Source: Tepidibacillus decaturensis | GTDB lineage: Bacteria > Bacillota > Bacilli > Tepidibacillales > Tepidibacillaceae | Direction of reading: 5' to 3' | Assembly: GCA_016841555.1 (NCBI GenBank) | Contig: JAENYW010000001.1 | Location: 429-64,428 of the forward strand | DNA: 64,000 nucleotides | Shown: positions 1-10,291 of the stretch, piece by piece | Numbering within the stretch: the stretch's first letter is position 1 | How the letters are laid out: the number at the start of each line of letters is the position of its first letter | The notes under the pieces: model-generated | Databases searched by the model: none | What the model saw: the letters and a program-made list of their open reading frames with translations, nothing else | Told to the model about the DNA's origin: nothing | Position numbers and translations under genes: made by a program

Positions 1-1
1 A

Positions 2-514
2 GTAATTGGTATGACCTTAGATGATATTTGGAGAAATTTGCTACCTAATTTACCTATAGCAGCACATCAGAGGGCTAATAATTATATGTTACATAATGAA
101 TTAGAAGCAGTTAAAGAAAACTATGGAGCTTTATATCCAGATGTTGTTGAAACACTTATGCTTCTGAAGAATAAGGGGTATCGATTATTTATCGCAAGTA
201 ATGGAGTGAAAGATTATATCACTGGAATATCAGAAGCTTTTCGAATTGACCATTTTTTTGATGCCATCTATACTGCTGGTGAATTTCAAACAGAGACTAA
301 AAAAGATTTAGTTAACATACTCTTAGAAAATCATTCAATAAATAAAGGATTTATGGTCGGAGATAGACATTCTGATGTGGAGGCTGGTATTGCTAATAAA
401 CTTTATGTAGTAGGTTGTGATTTTGGTTTTTCATCAGGAGACGAATTACTTCATGCGAATGTAATTATTAAAGAATTTAATCAATTAATAGATATTATAA
501 ATGGTCAAAAATAA
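2..514 (+). CDS. HAD-superfamily hydrolase, C-terminal part (5' end upstream of window)
   Basis: The frame is open back to base 2. The translation has the HAD motif III/IV region (KGYRLFIASNG ... MVGDRHSDVEAG) but lacks the N-terminal DxD motif, so the gene is truncated by the window edge. Confidence 0.6.
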   Translation, partial: VIGMTLDDIWRNLLPNLPIAAHQRANNYMLHNELEAVKENYGALYPDVVETLMLLKNKGYRLFIASNGVKDYITGISEAFRIDHFFDAIYTAGEFQTETKKDLVNILLENHSINKGFMVGDRHSDVEAGIANKLYVVGCDFGFSSGDELLHANVIIKEFNQLIDIINGQK

Positions 515-532
515 AATGGTAAGGTGATATAA

Positions 533-1243
533 ATGGAAGAGATTTGGTCGATTAGTTATGTTCATATATTTTTAAGGTTACTACTAGCTGCTATTCTTGG
601 TGGAATTATTGGTTTTGAAAGAGAACAGAATAATCATCCTGCGGGCCTTAGAACACATATTCTCGTAAGTATTGGTTCTACACTTTATATGTTAATCTCT
701 ATTTATGGTTTTACTGATTTTATGTTATCGGAAAATGTTAGAGTTGATCCAGCCCGCATTGCAGCTCAAGTCGTAACAGGAATTGGATTTTTAGGAGCAG
801 GAACTATTTTAAGGCATGGATTTACAGTAACCGGCTTAACGACAGCTGCCTCCCTTTGGGTTGTTGCAGCTATTGGTCTGGCTATTGGTACAGGTTTTTA
901 TTTTGGAGCGTCTTTGGCAACTTTTTTTGTATTAATTAGTTTAGCAGTACTTTCACGACTTGAAAATTTTATATCTAAGAAAAAACATTTAAATCAGCTT
1001 CGTGTAACAGTAATTGATACTCCAGGTAAATTAGGCGAAATTGCTTCGTTTCTTGGTGAAAAAAGAATTAATGTAAAGAATATAAGTATGTTTGAGGAAG
1101 AACGAAATGATAGTGATGAGCAATATATTACTATCGTCTTCTTAGTGAAAGCTCCTAAATTTGAAAGCATCCCTTTTGTAGTAGATCATATTAAACAAAT
1201 CGTTGGTGTAAAAGAAGTTCAATATGGGCAAGATACAGAGTAG
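533..1243 (+). CDS. MgtC/SapB-family membrane protein with C-terminal ACT-like domain
   Basis: The N-terminal half is hydrophobic with the MgtC signature (GGIIGFEREQNNHPAGLRTHILVSIGS ... AAQVVTGIGFLGAGTI). The soluble C-terminal domain is ACT-like. An SD (GGTAAGGTGA) lies upstream. Confidence 0.75.
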   Translation: MEEIWSISYVHIFLRLLLAAILGGIIGFEREQNNHPAGLRTHILVSIGSTLYMLISIYGFTDFMLSENVRVDPARIAAQVVTGIGFLGAGTILRHGFTVTGLTTAASLWVVAAIGLAIGTGFYFGASLATFFVLISLAVLSRLENFISKKKHLNQLRVTVIDTPGKLGEIASFLGEKRINVKNISMFEEERNDSDEQYITIVFLVKAPKFESIPFVVDHIKQIVGVKEVQYGQDTE

Positions 1244-1291
1244 CGTCTCTTCTTTGTATCTTGGTAAGTATACATATTTTGAATCTTTTAT

Positions 1292-1319
1292 TTGCAATAT
1301 ATTCAAAATATATTATAAT
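1292..1319 (+). promoter_or_regulatory. sigmaA-type promoter of the ctsR-clpC operon (TTGCAA-16-TATAAT)
   Basis: TTGCAA at 1292-1297 and TATAAT at 1314-1319, immediately upstream of the CtsR operator. Confidence 0.5.
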
Positions 1320-1328
1320 GATATTATT

Positions 1329-1345
1329 GGTCAAAGTTAGTCAAA
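1329..1345 (+). promoter_or_regulatory. CtsR operator (direct heptad repeat GGTCAAA-GTT-AGTCAAA)
   Basis: GGTCAAAGTTAGTCAAA matches the CtsR box consensus (A/G)GTCAAA-NAN-(A/G)GTCAAA. It lies just downstream of the -10 and upstream of ctsR, as in Bacillus clpC operons (autoregulation). Confidence 0.8.
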
Positions 1346-1373
1346 GTCAGGGAAAAATCTACAGGGAGGTATC

Positions 1374-1835
1374 ATGAAAAATATTTCAGACATCATTGAG
1401 AAGTTTCTAAAAAATAAAATTGAACTTAGTGCAGAAGGTATAATTGAAGTCCAAAGGAGTACATTGGCAGAACAATTCCAATGTGTTCCTTCACAAATTA
1501 ATTATGTAATTGGCACAAGATTTTCTTATGAAAAAGGGTTTTTAGTGGAGAGTAAAAGAGGAGGTGGTGGGTATATTAGAATAAAAAAATTAGAATTTGG
1601 TTCAAGCCGTTCCTTCTATGAGTCCCTTATTACTGGTATAGGGAACCAAATTCCTCAATCAACAGCAATAGATATATTGAATCGTTTAATTGATGAGGAT
1701 TTTATTACCCATTATGAATACGATTTAATTAAATCAACCATTACAAGAGAAGTTCTAAATATACCACTTCCGACAAGAGATGAGATAAGATCAAATATAA
1801 TGAAATCTGCTTTGCGTATTATTTTTTCTAAATAA
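1374..1835 (+). CDS. ctsR: CtsR, class III stress-gene repressor
   Basis: 153 aa. Conserved N-terminus MKNISDIIE..., the winged-HTH region and the glycine loop (ESKRGGGGYIRI). First gene of a ctsR-mcsA-mcsB-clpC cluster. Confidence 0.95.
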   Translation: MKNISDIIEKFLKNKIELSAEGIIEVQRSTLAEQFQCVPSQINYVIGTRFSYEKGFLVESKRGGGGYIRIKKLEFGSSRSFYESLITGIGNQIPQSTAIDILNRLIDEDFITHYEYDLIKSTITREVLNIPLPTRDEIRSNIMKSALRIIFSK

Positions 1836-1882
1836 AATTATTTCCTGACTTTTTGGTCATAAAGGAAAGGGAGGGAAAATTA

Positions 1883-2419
1883 ATGCTTTGTGAAAATTGT
1901 GGAGTTCGACCAGCTACTCTTCATTTTACAAAAATAATAAATGATAAGAAAACGGAGTTCCATTTATGTGAGCAATGTGCAAAAGAAAAAGGTGAGATGA
2001 TGGGTGATAATGACGGTTTTGATTCTTTTTCTTTTCACCATTTATTATCAGGACTGCTTAATTTTGATCAAGTAGTTAATAATGATCATTCATTAAAAGA
2101 AGAGAAAGAAGCTATACGCTGCAAAACATGTGGATTAACCTTTTCTCAGTTTAAAAAATCAGGAAAATTCGGTTGTAGTGATTGCTACCACTATTTTGAA
2201 CCCCATTTAGAACCTATTTTTCGTAGAATACATGGAAACACCCAACATAGCGGAAAAGTTCCTTTAAGGTCTGGAAAGAAAATAAAGCAGAAAAAGGAGC
2301 TCAATACGTTAAGAACTCAATTACAGCAAAAAATAACTTCAGAAGAATTTGAAGAGGCTGCAAAAATTAGAGATCAAATAAAAGAATTAGAGCGTAAACT
2401 TTCGGAAAGACGAGGTTGA
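1883..2419 (+). CDS. mcsA: McsA, activator of protein arginine kinase (zinc-finger / UVR domain)
   Basis: MLCENCGVRPATLHFTKI... with repeated CxxC motifs and a C-terminal UVR-like motif (EEFEEAAKIRDQIKELE). ATG at 1883 follows the SD GGAAAGGGAGGG. The track start at 1853 lacks an SD. Confidence 0.9.
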   Translation: MLCENCGVRPATLHFTKIINDKKTEFHLCEQCAKEKGEMMGDNDGFDSFSFHHLLSGLLNFDQVVNNDHSLKEEKEAIRCKTCGLTFSQFKKSGKFGCSDCYHYFEPHLEPIFRRIHGNTQHSGKVPLRSGKKIKQKKELNTLRTQLQQKITSEEFEEAAKIRDQIKELERKLSERRG

Positions 2420-3495
2420 TGCTTATGACGGTGGATAATTTTTTCCAAAATGCTATTAGTGAGTGGATGCGTGGAGACGGACCTCATTCAGATATTGTGA
2501 TTAGTAGTCGTATTCGTTTGGCTAGAAATTTAAAGAATCACCCTTTTCCTCTTTTATATACCAATACAGAATCAAATGCTGTAATAGAAGAAGTAAAATC
2601 ATCAATAAGTCAAGAGCAAATAAAAAGGATTGGTTCATTTACCTTTATACCTTTGGAAGATCTAACGCTATTACAAAAAAAGGTATTGGTTGAAAAGCAC
2701 TTAATTAGTTTGCATTTAGCAAATGAATCAAGAAAAGGTGCGGTTGCAATAAGTGAAAATGAGTCTATAAGTATCATGGTGAACGAAGAGGACCATATTC
2801 GTATCCAATGTTTATATCCTGGACTTCAAATATATGATGCATGGAAAATAGCAAACGAGATTGATAATATTTTTGAACAAAAACTCGACTACGCTTTTGA
2901 TGAGAAAAGAGGATATTTAACAAGCTGTCCAACAAATGTAGGGACTGGAATAAGAGCTTCTGTTATGCTTCATTTGTCTGCGCTCGTTTTAACGGGACAA
3001 ATAAATCGAATCATCCCTGCTATCACTCAAGTAGGATTAACTGTTCGTGGGATTTATGGTGAAGGAAGTGAAGCGTTAGGGAATTTATTTCAAATTTCTA
3101 ATCAGATTACATTAGGGCAAACAGAAGAAGATATTATTGAAAATTTACATGGAGTAGTTAATCAAATTATTGAACATGAAAGGCAGTCCCGAAAAAATTT
3201 AATTCAGGAATCAAGGGTTCAAATGGAGGATAGAGTGGGAAGGGCGTTTGGTATTCTATCTTACGCGAGAAATATTGATTCTAAAGAGGCGATGGAGAGA
3301 CTATCTGATTTGCGATTAGGAATCGACTTACAATTAATAAAGGGAATATCGGCATCGGTAATAAATGAATTAATGGTTATGATACAACAAGGTTTTCTCC
3401 AACAATATGCTGGAGGAGAGTTAAATGTGGAAGAAAGAGATGTAAGAAGAGCTACAATCATTCGTGAGGGCTTATCTTCATTACAGAAAGAGTAA
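2419..3495 (+). CDS. mcsB: McsB, protein arginine kinase
   Basis: Phosphagen-kinase-like core (YLTSCPTNVGTGIRASVMLHL). The start overlaps the mcsA stop (TGATG). A TTG at 2416 is an alternative start. Confidence 0.93.
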   Translation: MLMTVDNFFQNAISEWMRGDGPHSDIVISSRIRLARNLKNHPFPLLYTNTESNAVIEEVKSSISQEQIKRIGSFTFIPLEDLTLLQKKVLVEKHLISLHLANESRKGAVAISENESISIMVNEEDHIRIQCLYPGLQIYDAWKIANEIDNIFEQKLDYAFDEKRGYLTSCPTNVGTGIRASVMLHLSALVLTGQINRIIPAITQVGLTVRGIYGEGSEALGNLFQISNQITLGQTEEDIIENLHGVVNQIIEHERQSRKNLIQESRVQMEDRVGRAFGILSYARNIDSKEAMERLSDLRLGIDLQLIKGISASVINELMVMIQQGFLQQYAGGELNVEERDVRRATIIREGLSSLQKE

Positions 3496-3510
3496 AGGAG
3501 TTGATTAACA

Positions 3511-5928
3511 ATGATGTTTGGACGTTTTACGGAGAGGTCACAAAAGGTTCTTGCTCTAGCTCAAGAAGAAGCGGTTAGACTAGGGCATCAGAATATAGGA
3601 ACAGAGCATATTTTATTAGGATTAGTGAAAGAAGGAGAAGGGATCGCTGCTAAAGCATTACAATCTCTCAATATTTCATTAGAACAGGTTCAACAGGAAG
3701 TAGAGGCATTAATTGGAAAAGGACAAGAGAAACCAATTAATATAGCCTATACACCTAGAGCAAAAAAAGTTATTGAATTATCTATGGATGAGGCTAGAAA
3801 GCTAGGTCATACTTACGTCGGAACGGAGCATATTTTGCTTGGTTTGATTCGTGAAGGAGAAGGTGTAGCAGCAAGAGTATTGAACAACTTAGGTATTAGT
3901 TTAAATAAGTCTAGACAACAGGTTTTACAATTACTTGGTAATAATGACGTTGTTTCTCATAATCATACAAGCCCTACTAATCAAAACACACCAACATTGG
4001 ATAGCTTAGCAAGAGATCTTACAGCATTTGCAAAGGATGGAGAATTGGATCCTGTAATTGGTAGAGAAAAGGAAATTGAGAGGGTAATCCAGGTTTTAAG
4101 TCGGAGAACAAAGAATAATCCAGTTTTAATTGGGGAGCCAGGAGTAGGAAAAACAGCAATAGCTGAAGGTTTAGCGCAAAGAATAGTCAATAATGAAATA
4201 CCTGAAACATTAAAAGATAAAAGAGTTATGTCATTGGATATGGGAACATTAGTAGCAGGGACAAAATATCGTGGTGAATTTGAAGACCGATTGAAAAAAA
4301 TTATGGAGGAAATTCGTAACTCTGGCAATATTATTTTATTTATTGATGAGCTACACACCTTAATTGGTGCTGGAGGAGCAGAAGGAGCGATTGATGCTTC
4401 CAATATTCTAAAGCCTGCTTTAGCTAGGGGAGAATTACAAGCTATTGGAGCAACAACATTAGATGAATATCGCAAATATATTGAGAAGGATGCTGCTTTA
4501 GAACGAAGATTTCAACCTATTATGGTTAATGAACCTACAGCAGAAGAAACTACTCAAATATTAAAGGGACTTAGAGATAAATATGAAGCGCACCATCGAG
4601 TAATTATTACTGATGAAGCGATTGAACAAGCAGTAAAGCTATCTGACCGATATATAACGGATCGTTTTCTTCCAGATAAAGCAATTGATTTGATTGATGA
4701 AGCGGCATCAAAAGTACGGGTGCAAAGCTATACAGTCCCTCCAAATCTAAAGGAGCTAGAAGCGAATTTAGATGGAATTAGGAAGGAAAAGGATGCCTCG
4801 GTTCAAAGTCAGGAATTTGAAAAAGCAGCTTCATTACGTGATAAGGAACAACAGCTTAAAGAAGAATTAAGTAAGACAAAAAATCAATGGAAAGAACAAC
4901 AGGGTCGTACAGATACAGAGGTATCAATAGAAGATATTTCTCAGATTGTAGCAAGCTGGACTGGTATCCCTGTTACAAAGCTTGCGGAAGAAGAAACAGA
5001 TCGTTTGATAAAGATGGAAGATATTCTTCACAAAAGAGTAATTGGACAAGAGGAAGCAGTTAAAGCTATTTCCCGAGCAATAAGAAGAGCACGCGCTGGT
5101 TTGAAGGATCCAAAAAGACCAATAGGTTCTTTTATCTTCTTAGGTCCAACAGGTGTAGGAAAAACAGAATTGGCAAGAGCATTGGCTGAGGCAATGTTTG
5201 GAGATGAAAATGCAGTTATCCGAATTGATATGTCCGAATATATGGAAAAACACGCAACATCAAGATTGATAGGTGCTCCTCCAGGATATATAGGATATGA
5301 GGAAGGTGGACAATTAACAGAAAAGGTAAGAAGAAAACCATATTCAGTTGTACTGTTAGATGAAATTGAGAAAGCCCATCCAGATGTATTTAATATTTTA
5401 CTTCAAGTTTTAGAGGATGGAAGATTAACAGATGGTAAGGGAAGAACGGTTGATTTTAGAAATGTTGTTGTCATCATGACTTCTAATGTAGGTGCAGAAA
5501 CAATTAAAAAAGATGCTACACTTGGATTTACGACTCAGGATGCAAAAAATGATTATAATCAGATGAAAACACGAGTGATGAGTGAGTTAAAACGTAGTTT
5601 TAGGCCCGAATTTTTAAATCGAGTAGATGAGGTTATTGTATTCCATTCCCTAACAATAGAAGAAATAAAAGAAATTGTTGATTTAATGGTAGATGAATTG
5701 AGAAAAAGACTTAAAGAAAAGGGAATTGATTTTGAATTAACAGATGAAGCAAAGGATTTTCTAGCGAAAGAAGGATTCGATCCTAATTTTGGAGCTAGAC
5801 CTCTAAGAAGAGCCATACAAAAGCATATAGAGGATAAATTATCTGAAGAACTTTTAAAAGGTTCCATTAATAAAGGTGACAATGTAAATATTGATGTAGA
5901 AAATGAAGAGCTAATTGTAAAAAAATAA
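3511..5928 (+). CDS. clpC: ClpC, class III stress ATPase subunit of Clp protease
   Basis: 805 aa. N-terminus [21 protein letters not shown]..., two Walker A sites ([16 protein letters not shown]) and a UVR linker ([11 protein letters not shown]). Confidence 0.97.
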   Translation: MMFGRFTERSQKVLALAQEEAVRLGHQNIGTEHILLGLVKEGEGIAAKALQSLNISLEQVQQEVEALIGKGQEKPINIAYTPRAKKVIELSMDEARKLGHTYVGTEHILLGLIREGEGVAARVLNNLGISLNKSRQQVLQLLGNNDVVSHNHTSPTNQNTPTLDSLARDLTAFAKDGELDPVIGREKEIERVIQVLSRRTKNNPVLIGEPGVGKTAIAEGLAQRIVNNEIPETLKDKRVMSLDMGTLVAGTKYRGEFEDRLKKIMEEIRNSGNIILFIDELHTLIGAGGAEGAIDASNILKPALARGELQAIGATTLDEYRKYIEKDAALERRFQPIMVNEPTAEETTQILKGLRDKYEAHHRVIITDEAIEQAVKLSDRYITDRFLPDKAIDLIDEAASKVRVQSYTVPPNLKELEANLDGIRKEKDASVQSQEFEKAASLRDKEQQLKEELSKTKNQWKEQQGRTDTEVSIEDISQIVASWTGIPVTKLAEEETDRLIKMEDILHKRVIGQEEAVKAISRAIRRARAGLKDPKRPIGSFIFLGPTGVGKTELARALAEAMFGDENAVIRIDMSEYMEKHATSRLIGAPPGYIGYEEGGQLTEKVRRKPYSVVLLDEIEKAHPDVFNILLQVLEDGRLTDGKGRTVDFRNVVVIMTSNVGAETIKKDATLGFTTQDAKNDYNQMKTRVMSELKRSFRPEFLNRVDEVIVFHSLTIEEIKEIVDLMVDELRKRLKEKGIDFELTDEAKDFLAKEGFDPNFGARPLRRAIQKHIEDKLSEELLKGSINKGDNVNIDVENEELIVKK

Positions 5929-5936
5929 AAAAAATA

Positions 5937-5965
5937 AAAAGATCCCAATTAATGGGGTCTTTTTA
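5937..5965 (+). terminator. Intrinsic terminator after clpC
   Basis: AAAGATCCC-AATTAAT-GGGGTCTTTTT: 7-bp stem (one G-U) flanked by an A-tract and a T-tract. Confidence 0.65.
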
Positions 5966-6117
5966 TTTATGAAGTACTTTTTTTTCATTTCTCTTTGTTA
6001 TATGATAAGGTAGACTTCCATCATATAGAGAAAAGGACAGGACAGAATTTCAAATCACCGTTAAGATGTCATATTAGATATAGCATAAACATAAATTAAT
6101 TGAACGGAGAAGTATCT

Positions 6118-7485
6118 ATGGCAAAGGTCAAGACTAAATATGTTTGTCAAGAATGCGGCTACGAAAGCACGAAATGGTTAGGAAAATGTCCAAGCTGCCA
6201 ATCATGGAATACTTTAGTGGAAGAAGTATCAGCATCAAATAATAATTATACAAAAAGTTTACAGCTTTCTTCCTCTGCAAAACCACAGTCTATAAAAAAC
6301 ATCAATATAGAAAATGAGCCAAGAATCATTACCAAAACAAAAGAATTTAATCGAGTGTTAGGTGGAGGAATTGTTCCGGGTTCATTGATTTTGGTAGGAG
6401 GAGATCCAGGTATTGGTAAGTCAACCTTGTTACTTCAGGTTTCTAATAATATTGCTCAGCTAGATAATCGGGTGTTATATGTATCTGGTGAGGAATCGAT
6501 AAAGCAGACGAAAAGAAGAGCAGAGCGGTTAGGTGTTCTTTCAGAAGAGCTTTTTGTCTTAACCGAAAATCAAATTGAACATATTGAAGCCCATCTTGAT
6601 CAAGTGAATCCTTTAGTTATTATTATTGATTCCATTCAAACCATGTATGATGCTCATATTGCTTCACCGCCAGGAAGTGTTGCTCAAGTTAGAGAAACAA
6701 CCGCTCATTTTATGCGAATAGCTAAATCGAAAGGGATAGCTACAATCATTGTAGGGCATGTAACAAAGCAAGGAGAAATAGCTGGACCAAGGTTGTTGGA
6801 GCATATGGTAGATACGGTGCTTTATTTTGAAGGAGAAAGGCATCATACGTATCGAATATTAAGAGCAGTAAAAAATAGGTTTGGTTCCACAAATGAGATA
6901 GGTATTTTTGAAATGAAAGAAGAAGGACTCATAGAAGTGAATAATCCTTCAGAGCTTTTTTTATCGGAAAGACCAATGGGTGTAGCTGGTTCATCGGTTG
7001 TAGCTAGTATAGAGGGAACTAGGCCTGTTTTGGTAGAAATTCAGGCGTTGGTAACCCCGACAAGCTTTGTTACTCCAAGGCGTATGGCAACAGGGGTGGA
7101 CCAACAAAGAGTAGCCCTTATTATGGCAGTATTAGAGAAGCGAATAGGGTTATTTTTGCAAAACCAGGATGCTTACGTAAATGTTGCAGGTGGTGTAAAA
7201 TTATCTGAAACAGGAATTGATTTATCCGTTGCAGTTAGTATTGCTTCCAGCTTTCGTGATAAACCCACAAACCCATATGATGTTTTTATTGGAGAAATTG
7301 GATTAACTGGTGAAGTTAGAGGAATTACTAGAATAGAACAAAGAGTTCAAGAAGCAAAAAAATTAGGATTTAAAAGAGTAATAATACCTAATAAAAATAC
7401 TAAAGGATGGAATATGCCTAATGATGTAGAAGTAATAGGAGTCCATTCAGTTTCTGAAGCATTAGATATTGCTTTTGGAGGGTAA
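6118..7485 (+). CDS. radA: RadA/Sms DNA repair protein
   Basis: [27 protein letters not shown] (zinc ribbon), Walker [10 protein letters not shown], the KNRFG motif and a Lon-like C-terminal domain. ATG at 6118 follows the SD AACGGAGAAG. Confidence 0.95.
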   Translation: MAKVKTKYVCQECGYESTKWLGKCPSCQSWNTLVEEVSASNNNYTKSLQLSSSAKPQSIKNINIENEPRIITKTKEFNRVLGGGIVPGSLILVGGDPGIGKSTLLLQVSNNIAQLDNRVLYVSGEESIKQTKRRAERLGVLSEELFVLTENQIEHIEAHLDQVNPLVIIIDSIQTMYDAHIASPPGSVAQVRETTAHFMRIAKSKGIATIIVGHVTKQGEIAGPRLLEHMVDTVLYFEGERHHTYRILRAVKNRFGSTNEIGIFEMKEEGLIEVNNPSELFLSERPMGVAGSSVVASIEGTRPVLVEIQALVTPTSFVTPRRMATGVDQQRVALIMAVLEKRIGLFLQNQDAYVNVAGGVKLSETGIDLSVAVSIASSFRDKPTNPYDVFIGEIGLTGEVRGITRIEQRVQEAKKLGFKRVIIPNKNTKGWNMPNDVEVIGVHSVSEALDIAFGG

Positions 7486-7489
7486 GGCT

Positions 7490-8569
7490 ATGAGTAAAGA
7501 TAACAAAGAAGAATTTATGAGTAGTGTGTTAAAGCTAGTGGCTCCAGGTACTCAGTTTAGAGATGGTTTAGATAATGTATTAAGAGCAAAAACAGGTGCG
7601 TTAATCGTTGTTGGTTATACATCTCAAGTTATGAATATTGTGGATGGGGGGTTTTCTATTAATTGTGATTTTTCACCTGCACATTTATATGAGCTTGCAA
7701 AGATGGATGGTGCAATTATTTTAAGTGATGACATAAAAAAAATACTATACGCCAACACCCAACTTATCCCAGAAAATTCAATATCTTCATCAGAAACTGG
7801 GATAAGACATCGAACTGCGGAACGGGTAGCAAAGCAAACGAGTCAATTGGTTATTTCCATCTCTCAAAGGAGAAATATTATAACGTTATATCAAGGGAAT
7901 TATAAGTATACACTTAAGGACATAGGTGTCATATTAACAAAAGCAAATCAAGCCATCCAAACATTAGAGAAGTATAAATCTGTATTAGATCAAGCGTTAA
8001 CTAATCTTTCGGCTATGGAGTTTGAAGAATTAGTAACGTTGAATGATGTAGCTTTAGTTATTCAAAGAATAGAAATGGTACAACGGATTAAAACAGAAAT
8101 CGAAAAATTTATTACTGAATTAGGAACAGAAGGTCGATTAATTAGTATGCAATTAGAAGAATTAGTATCTAATATTGATACAGAGGCATTTCTTCTAATT
8201 AAAGATTATCATAAAACTCCTTCTGATGAAGAAGTGAAGAAGGTGTTATCTGAATTGAAAAAATTAAGTGCTGATGATCTCCTTGATAATCAAAATGTAT
8301 CTAGGTTAATTGGTTTTATGGGTAATGTAAATCTCCAAGAAGAGCTTGTATCTCCAAGTGGTTTTAGAATTTTAAATAAAATCCCGCGGTTACCTAATCC
8401 AATTATTAACAATCTTATTGAACAGTTTTCTGATTTACCACGGGTCATGATGGCAACTATCGAAGAGTTAGACGAGGTAGATGGCATTGGAGAGGTACGA
8501 GCAAGAGCGATTAAAGATGGTTTAAAACGAATTCAGGAGCAAGTATTTATTGACAGACATATATCATAA
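7490..8569 (+). CDS. disA: DisA, DNA integrity scanning protein / diadenylate cyclase
   Basis: DAC domain ([13 protein letters not shown]..., [31 protein letters not shown]) and a C-terminal HhH domain ([16 protein letters not shown]). ATG at 7490 follows the SD GGAGGG. Confidence 0.95.
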   Translation: MSKDNKEEFMSSVLKLVAPGTQFRDGLDNVLRAKTGALIVVGYTSQVMNIVDGGFSINCDFSPAHLYELAKMDGAIILSDDIKKILYANTQLIPENSISSSETGIRHRTAERVAKQTSQLVISISQRRNIITLYQGNYKYTLKDIGVILTKANQAIQTLEKYKSVLDQALTNLSAMEFEELVTLNDVALVIQRIEMVQRIKTEIEKFITELGTEGRLISMQLEELVSNIDTEAFLLIKDYHKTPSDEEVKKVLSELKKLSADDLLDNQNVSRLIGFMGNVNLQEELVSPSGFRILNKIPRLPNPIINNLIEQFSDLPRVMMATIEELDEVDGIGEVRARAIKDGLKRIQEQVFIDRHIS

Positions 8570-8588
8570 TATTTTTAGAGGTGATGGA

Positions 8589-9218
8589 GTGAAAAACCGA
8601 GCATTATTTAAAGAAGGGATACCTACATTAATTATTGTCTTCTTTTTTACAATCCTATTATATGTTATTCACCCAATGCTATCTTTTTTGGTAATAGGCC
8701 TTATTTTATTTGTTATCTATTTCTTCCGTGATCCTAACAGAAATATTCCAACGGAAGCCTCTATTATCATATCACCAGCAGATGGTTTAATAACAGATAT
8801 AAGTGAAGTGGAGGAGAATAGTTACTTTAAGCATAAAACAATTAGTATAAGTATATTTATGAGTCCATTAGATGTACATATTAATCGGAGTCCAATAGCA
8901 GGTGAAGTGGATTTTATAAGTTATCAAAAAGGGAAGTTTAAACCAGCAAAAAATCTTGAAAATCATCAACAAAATGAGAAAAACTTTATTGGAATAAAAA
9001 ACAATAACATTCAAGTTTTAGTTGTTCAAATTGCAGGAATAATGGCTAGACGTATTGTTAATTGGTCAAGCCTTGGCCAAAGTTTAGAAAAGGGTGAAAA
9101 AATAGGGATGATTAAATTTAGTTCTGGAACGAAAATCTATCTACCCATCGATACAGAGGTATTGGTAAAAAAGGGAGATAGAGTTTTATCAGGAAAAACA
9201 ATAATTGGGAGGTATTAG
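8589..9218 (+). CDS. psd: Phosphatidylserine decarboxylase-family protein (short type)
   Basis: N-terminal TM segments followed by the PSD core motif FMSPLDVHINRSPIAGEV. Likely GTG start at 8589 after AGAGGTGATGGA; the track start at 8550 overlaps disA. The expected G-S processing site reads FSSGT (see findings). Confidence 0.75.
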   Translation: MKNRALFKEGIPTLIIVFFFTILLYVIHPMLSFLVIGLILFVIYFFRDPNRNIPTEASIIISPADGLITDISEVEENSYFKHKTISISIFMSPLDVHINRSPIAGEVDFISYQKGKFKPAKNLENHQQNEKNFIGIKNNNIQVLVVQIAGIMARRIVNWSSLGQSLEKGEKIGMIKFSSGTKIYLPIDTEVLVKKGDRVLSGKTIIGRY

Positions 9219-9220
9219 TG

Positions 9221-9916
9221 ATGAATTATCGTGTACTTCCTGGGCTATTAACAGTTGGGAACTTATTTTTAGGAATAATGTCTATTATGTTAGCTTTTCA
9301 AAATAGGCCTGAATATGCAGCGATTATGGTTATTGCAGGAATGTTATTGGATGGATTAGATGGACGGGTAGCTAGATTGTTGCATGCTCAAAGTGAATTT
9401 GGTAAAGAATTAGATTCATTATCTGATGTTATTTCCTTTGGGGTAGCACCAGCGTTTATCATGTATGTTGTAGCATTGCAATATGTTGGACCTGTTGGTT
9501 GGGTTGCTACAGCAGTATTTCCGATAGCTGGTGCATTAAGATTAGCTCGTTTTAATGTGAAGGAAGGTATTCCTGGATACTTTGTTGGTCTTCCAATTAC
9601 TGCTGCAGGAGGAGCATTGGCGACGATGACATTGTATTATCAAGTTTTTCATCCAGCAGGGCTACTTTTTACGATGCTCTTATTATCGTATTTGATGATA
9701 AGTAATATTAAATACCCAAACTTCAAAAAAGTCGGCTTTCCCAAAACAATATTATGGGTTACACCTATCATTGTTTTAGTAGTTATTATATTAGCTATTC
9801 GCTTTCCAACGAGTTTTCCACGTATCGTATTTTTACCCATTGGAGTATATGCACTATATGGAATAAAAAAATGTTTCCTCGCAAGAAAAAAGAAAAGTTT
9901 ACAGAGGATGAATTAG
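9221..9916 (+). CDS. pssA: CDP-diacylglycerol--serine O-phosphatidyltransferase
   Basis: CDP-alcohol phosphatidyltransferase motif DGLDGRVARLLHAQSEFGKELDSLSDVISFG, with multiple TM helices. The start region overlaps the psd stop (TAGTGATG). Confidence 0.85.
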   Translation: MNYRVLPGLLTVGNLFLGIMSIMLAFQNRPEYAAIMVIAGMLLDGLDGRVARLLHAQSEFGKELDSLSDVISFGVAPAFIMYVVALQYVGPVGWVATAVFPIAGALRLARFNVKEGIPGYFVGLPITAAGGALATMTLYYQVFHPAGLLFTMLLLSYLMISNIKYPNFKKVGFPKTILWVTPIIVLVVIILAIRFPTSFPRIVFLPIGVYALYGIKKCFLARKKKSLQRMN

Positions 9917-9983
9917 AATCCAAGTGGGATTAGAAATTATAAAAAATATGTTCTTAAATATAAATAATTGAATAATTATTTAT

Positions 9984-10023
9984 ATAAGACTTTTAGATAA
10001 TCTAAAAGTCTTATATTTTTTTA
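9984..10023 (+). terminator. Intrinsic terminator after pssA
   Basis: TAAGACTTTTAGA-TAA-TCTAAAAGTCTTA: perfect 13-bp stem followed by a T-run. Confidence 0.8.
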
Positions 10024-10183
10024 ATAATGAAGACCTTTTACACAGGATATAATAATACTATAGAAGGGATAGTCTAGTACAGAGAATTGCTTTCATTAGA
10101 TACTTGTAAAAGCCAAAGCTATTTAACCAAAAATTTTGAATGGTAAGAATTTAAAATTTTATGATATTTTTTTCCTGGATATA

Positions 10184-10213
10184 TTGACTTAAGTGGATTT
10201 TATATGCTAATAT
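10184..10213 (+). promoter_or_regulatory. Candidate upstream promoter (TTGACT-18-TGcTAATAT)
   Basis: TTGACT at 10184-10189 and an extended -10 TGCTAATAT ending at 10213. Confidence 0.4.
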
Positions 10214-10230
10214 TATATTTTTTTTATATT

Positions 10231-10259
10231 TTGACATACCCTTATAAATGTGATAAAAT
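10231..10259 (+). promoter_or_regulatory. sigmaA-type promoter of the carD-like gene (TTGACA-17-TGaTAAAAT)
   Basis: Consensus -35 TTGACA at 10231-10236, a 17-nt spacer with a TG extension, and -10 TAAAAT at 10254-10259. The track ATG at 10250 lies inside this promoter. Confidence 0.6.
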
Positions 10260-10291
10260 GGAAATGTAGTTTTCAGCCGGAGGTGGCGGAT

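Noticed and set aside
1836-1860. TGAC-TTTTT-GGTCA element after the ctsR stop, considered as a second CtsR box
   Set aside because: The half-sites are inverted rather than direct heptad repeats, and they overlap the mcsA SD region. This is more likely chance or a small hairpin.
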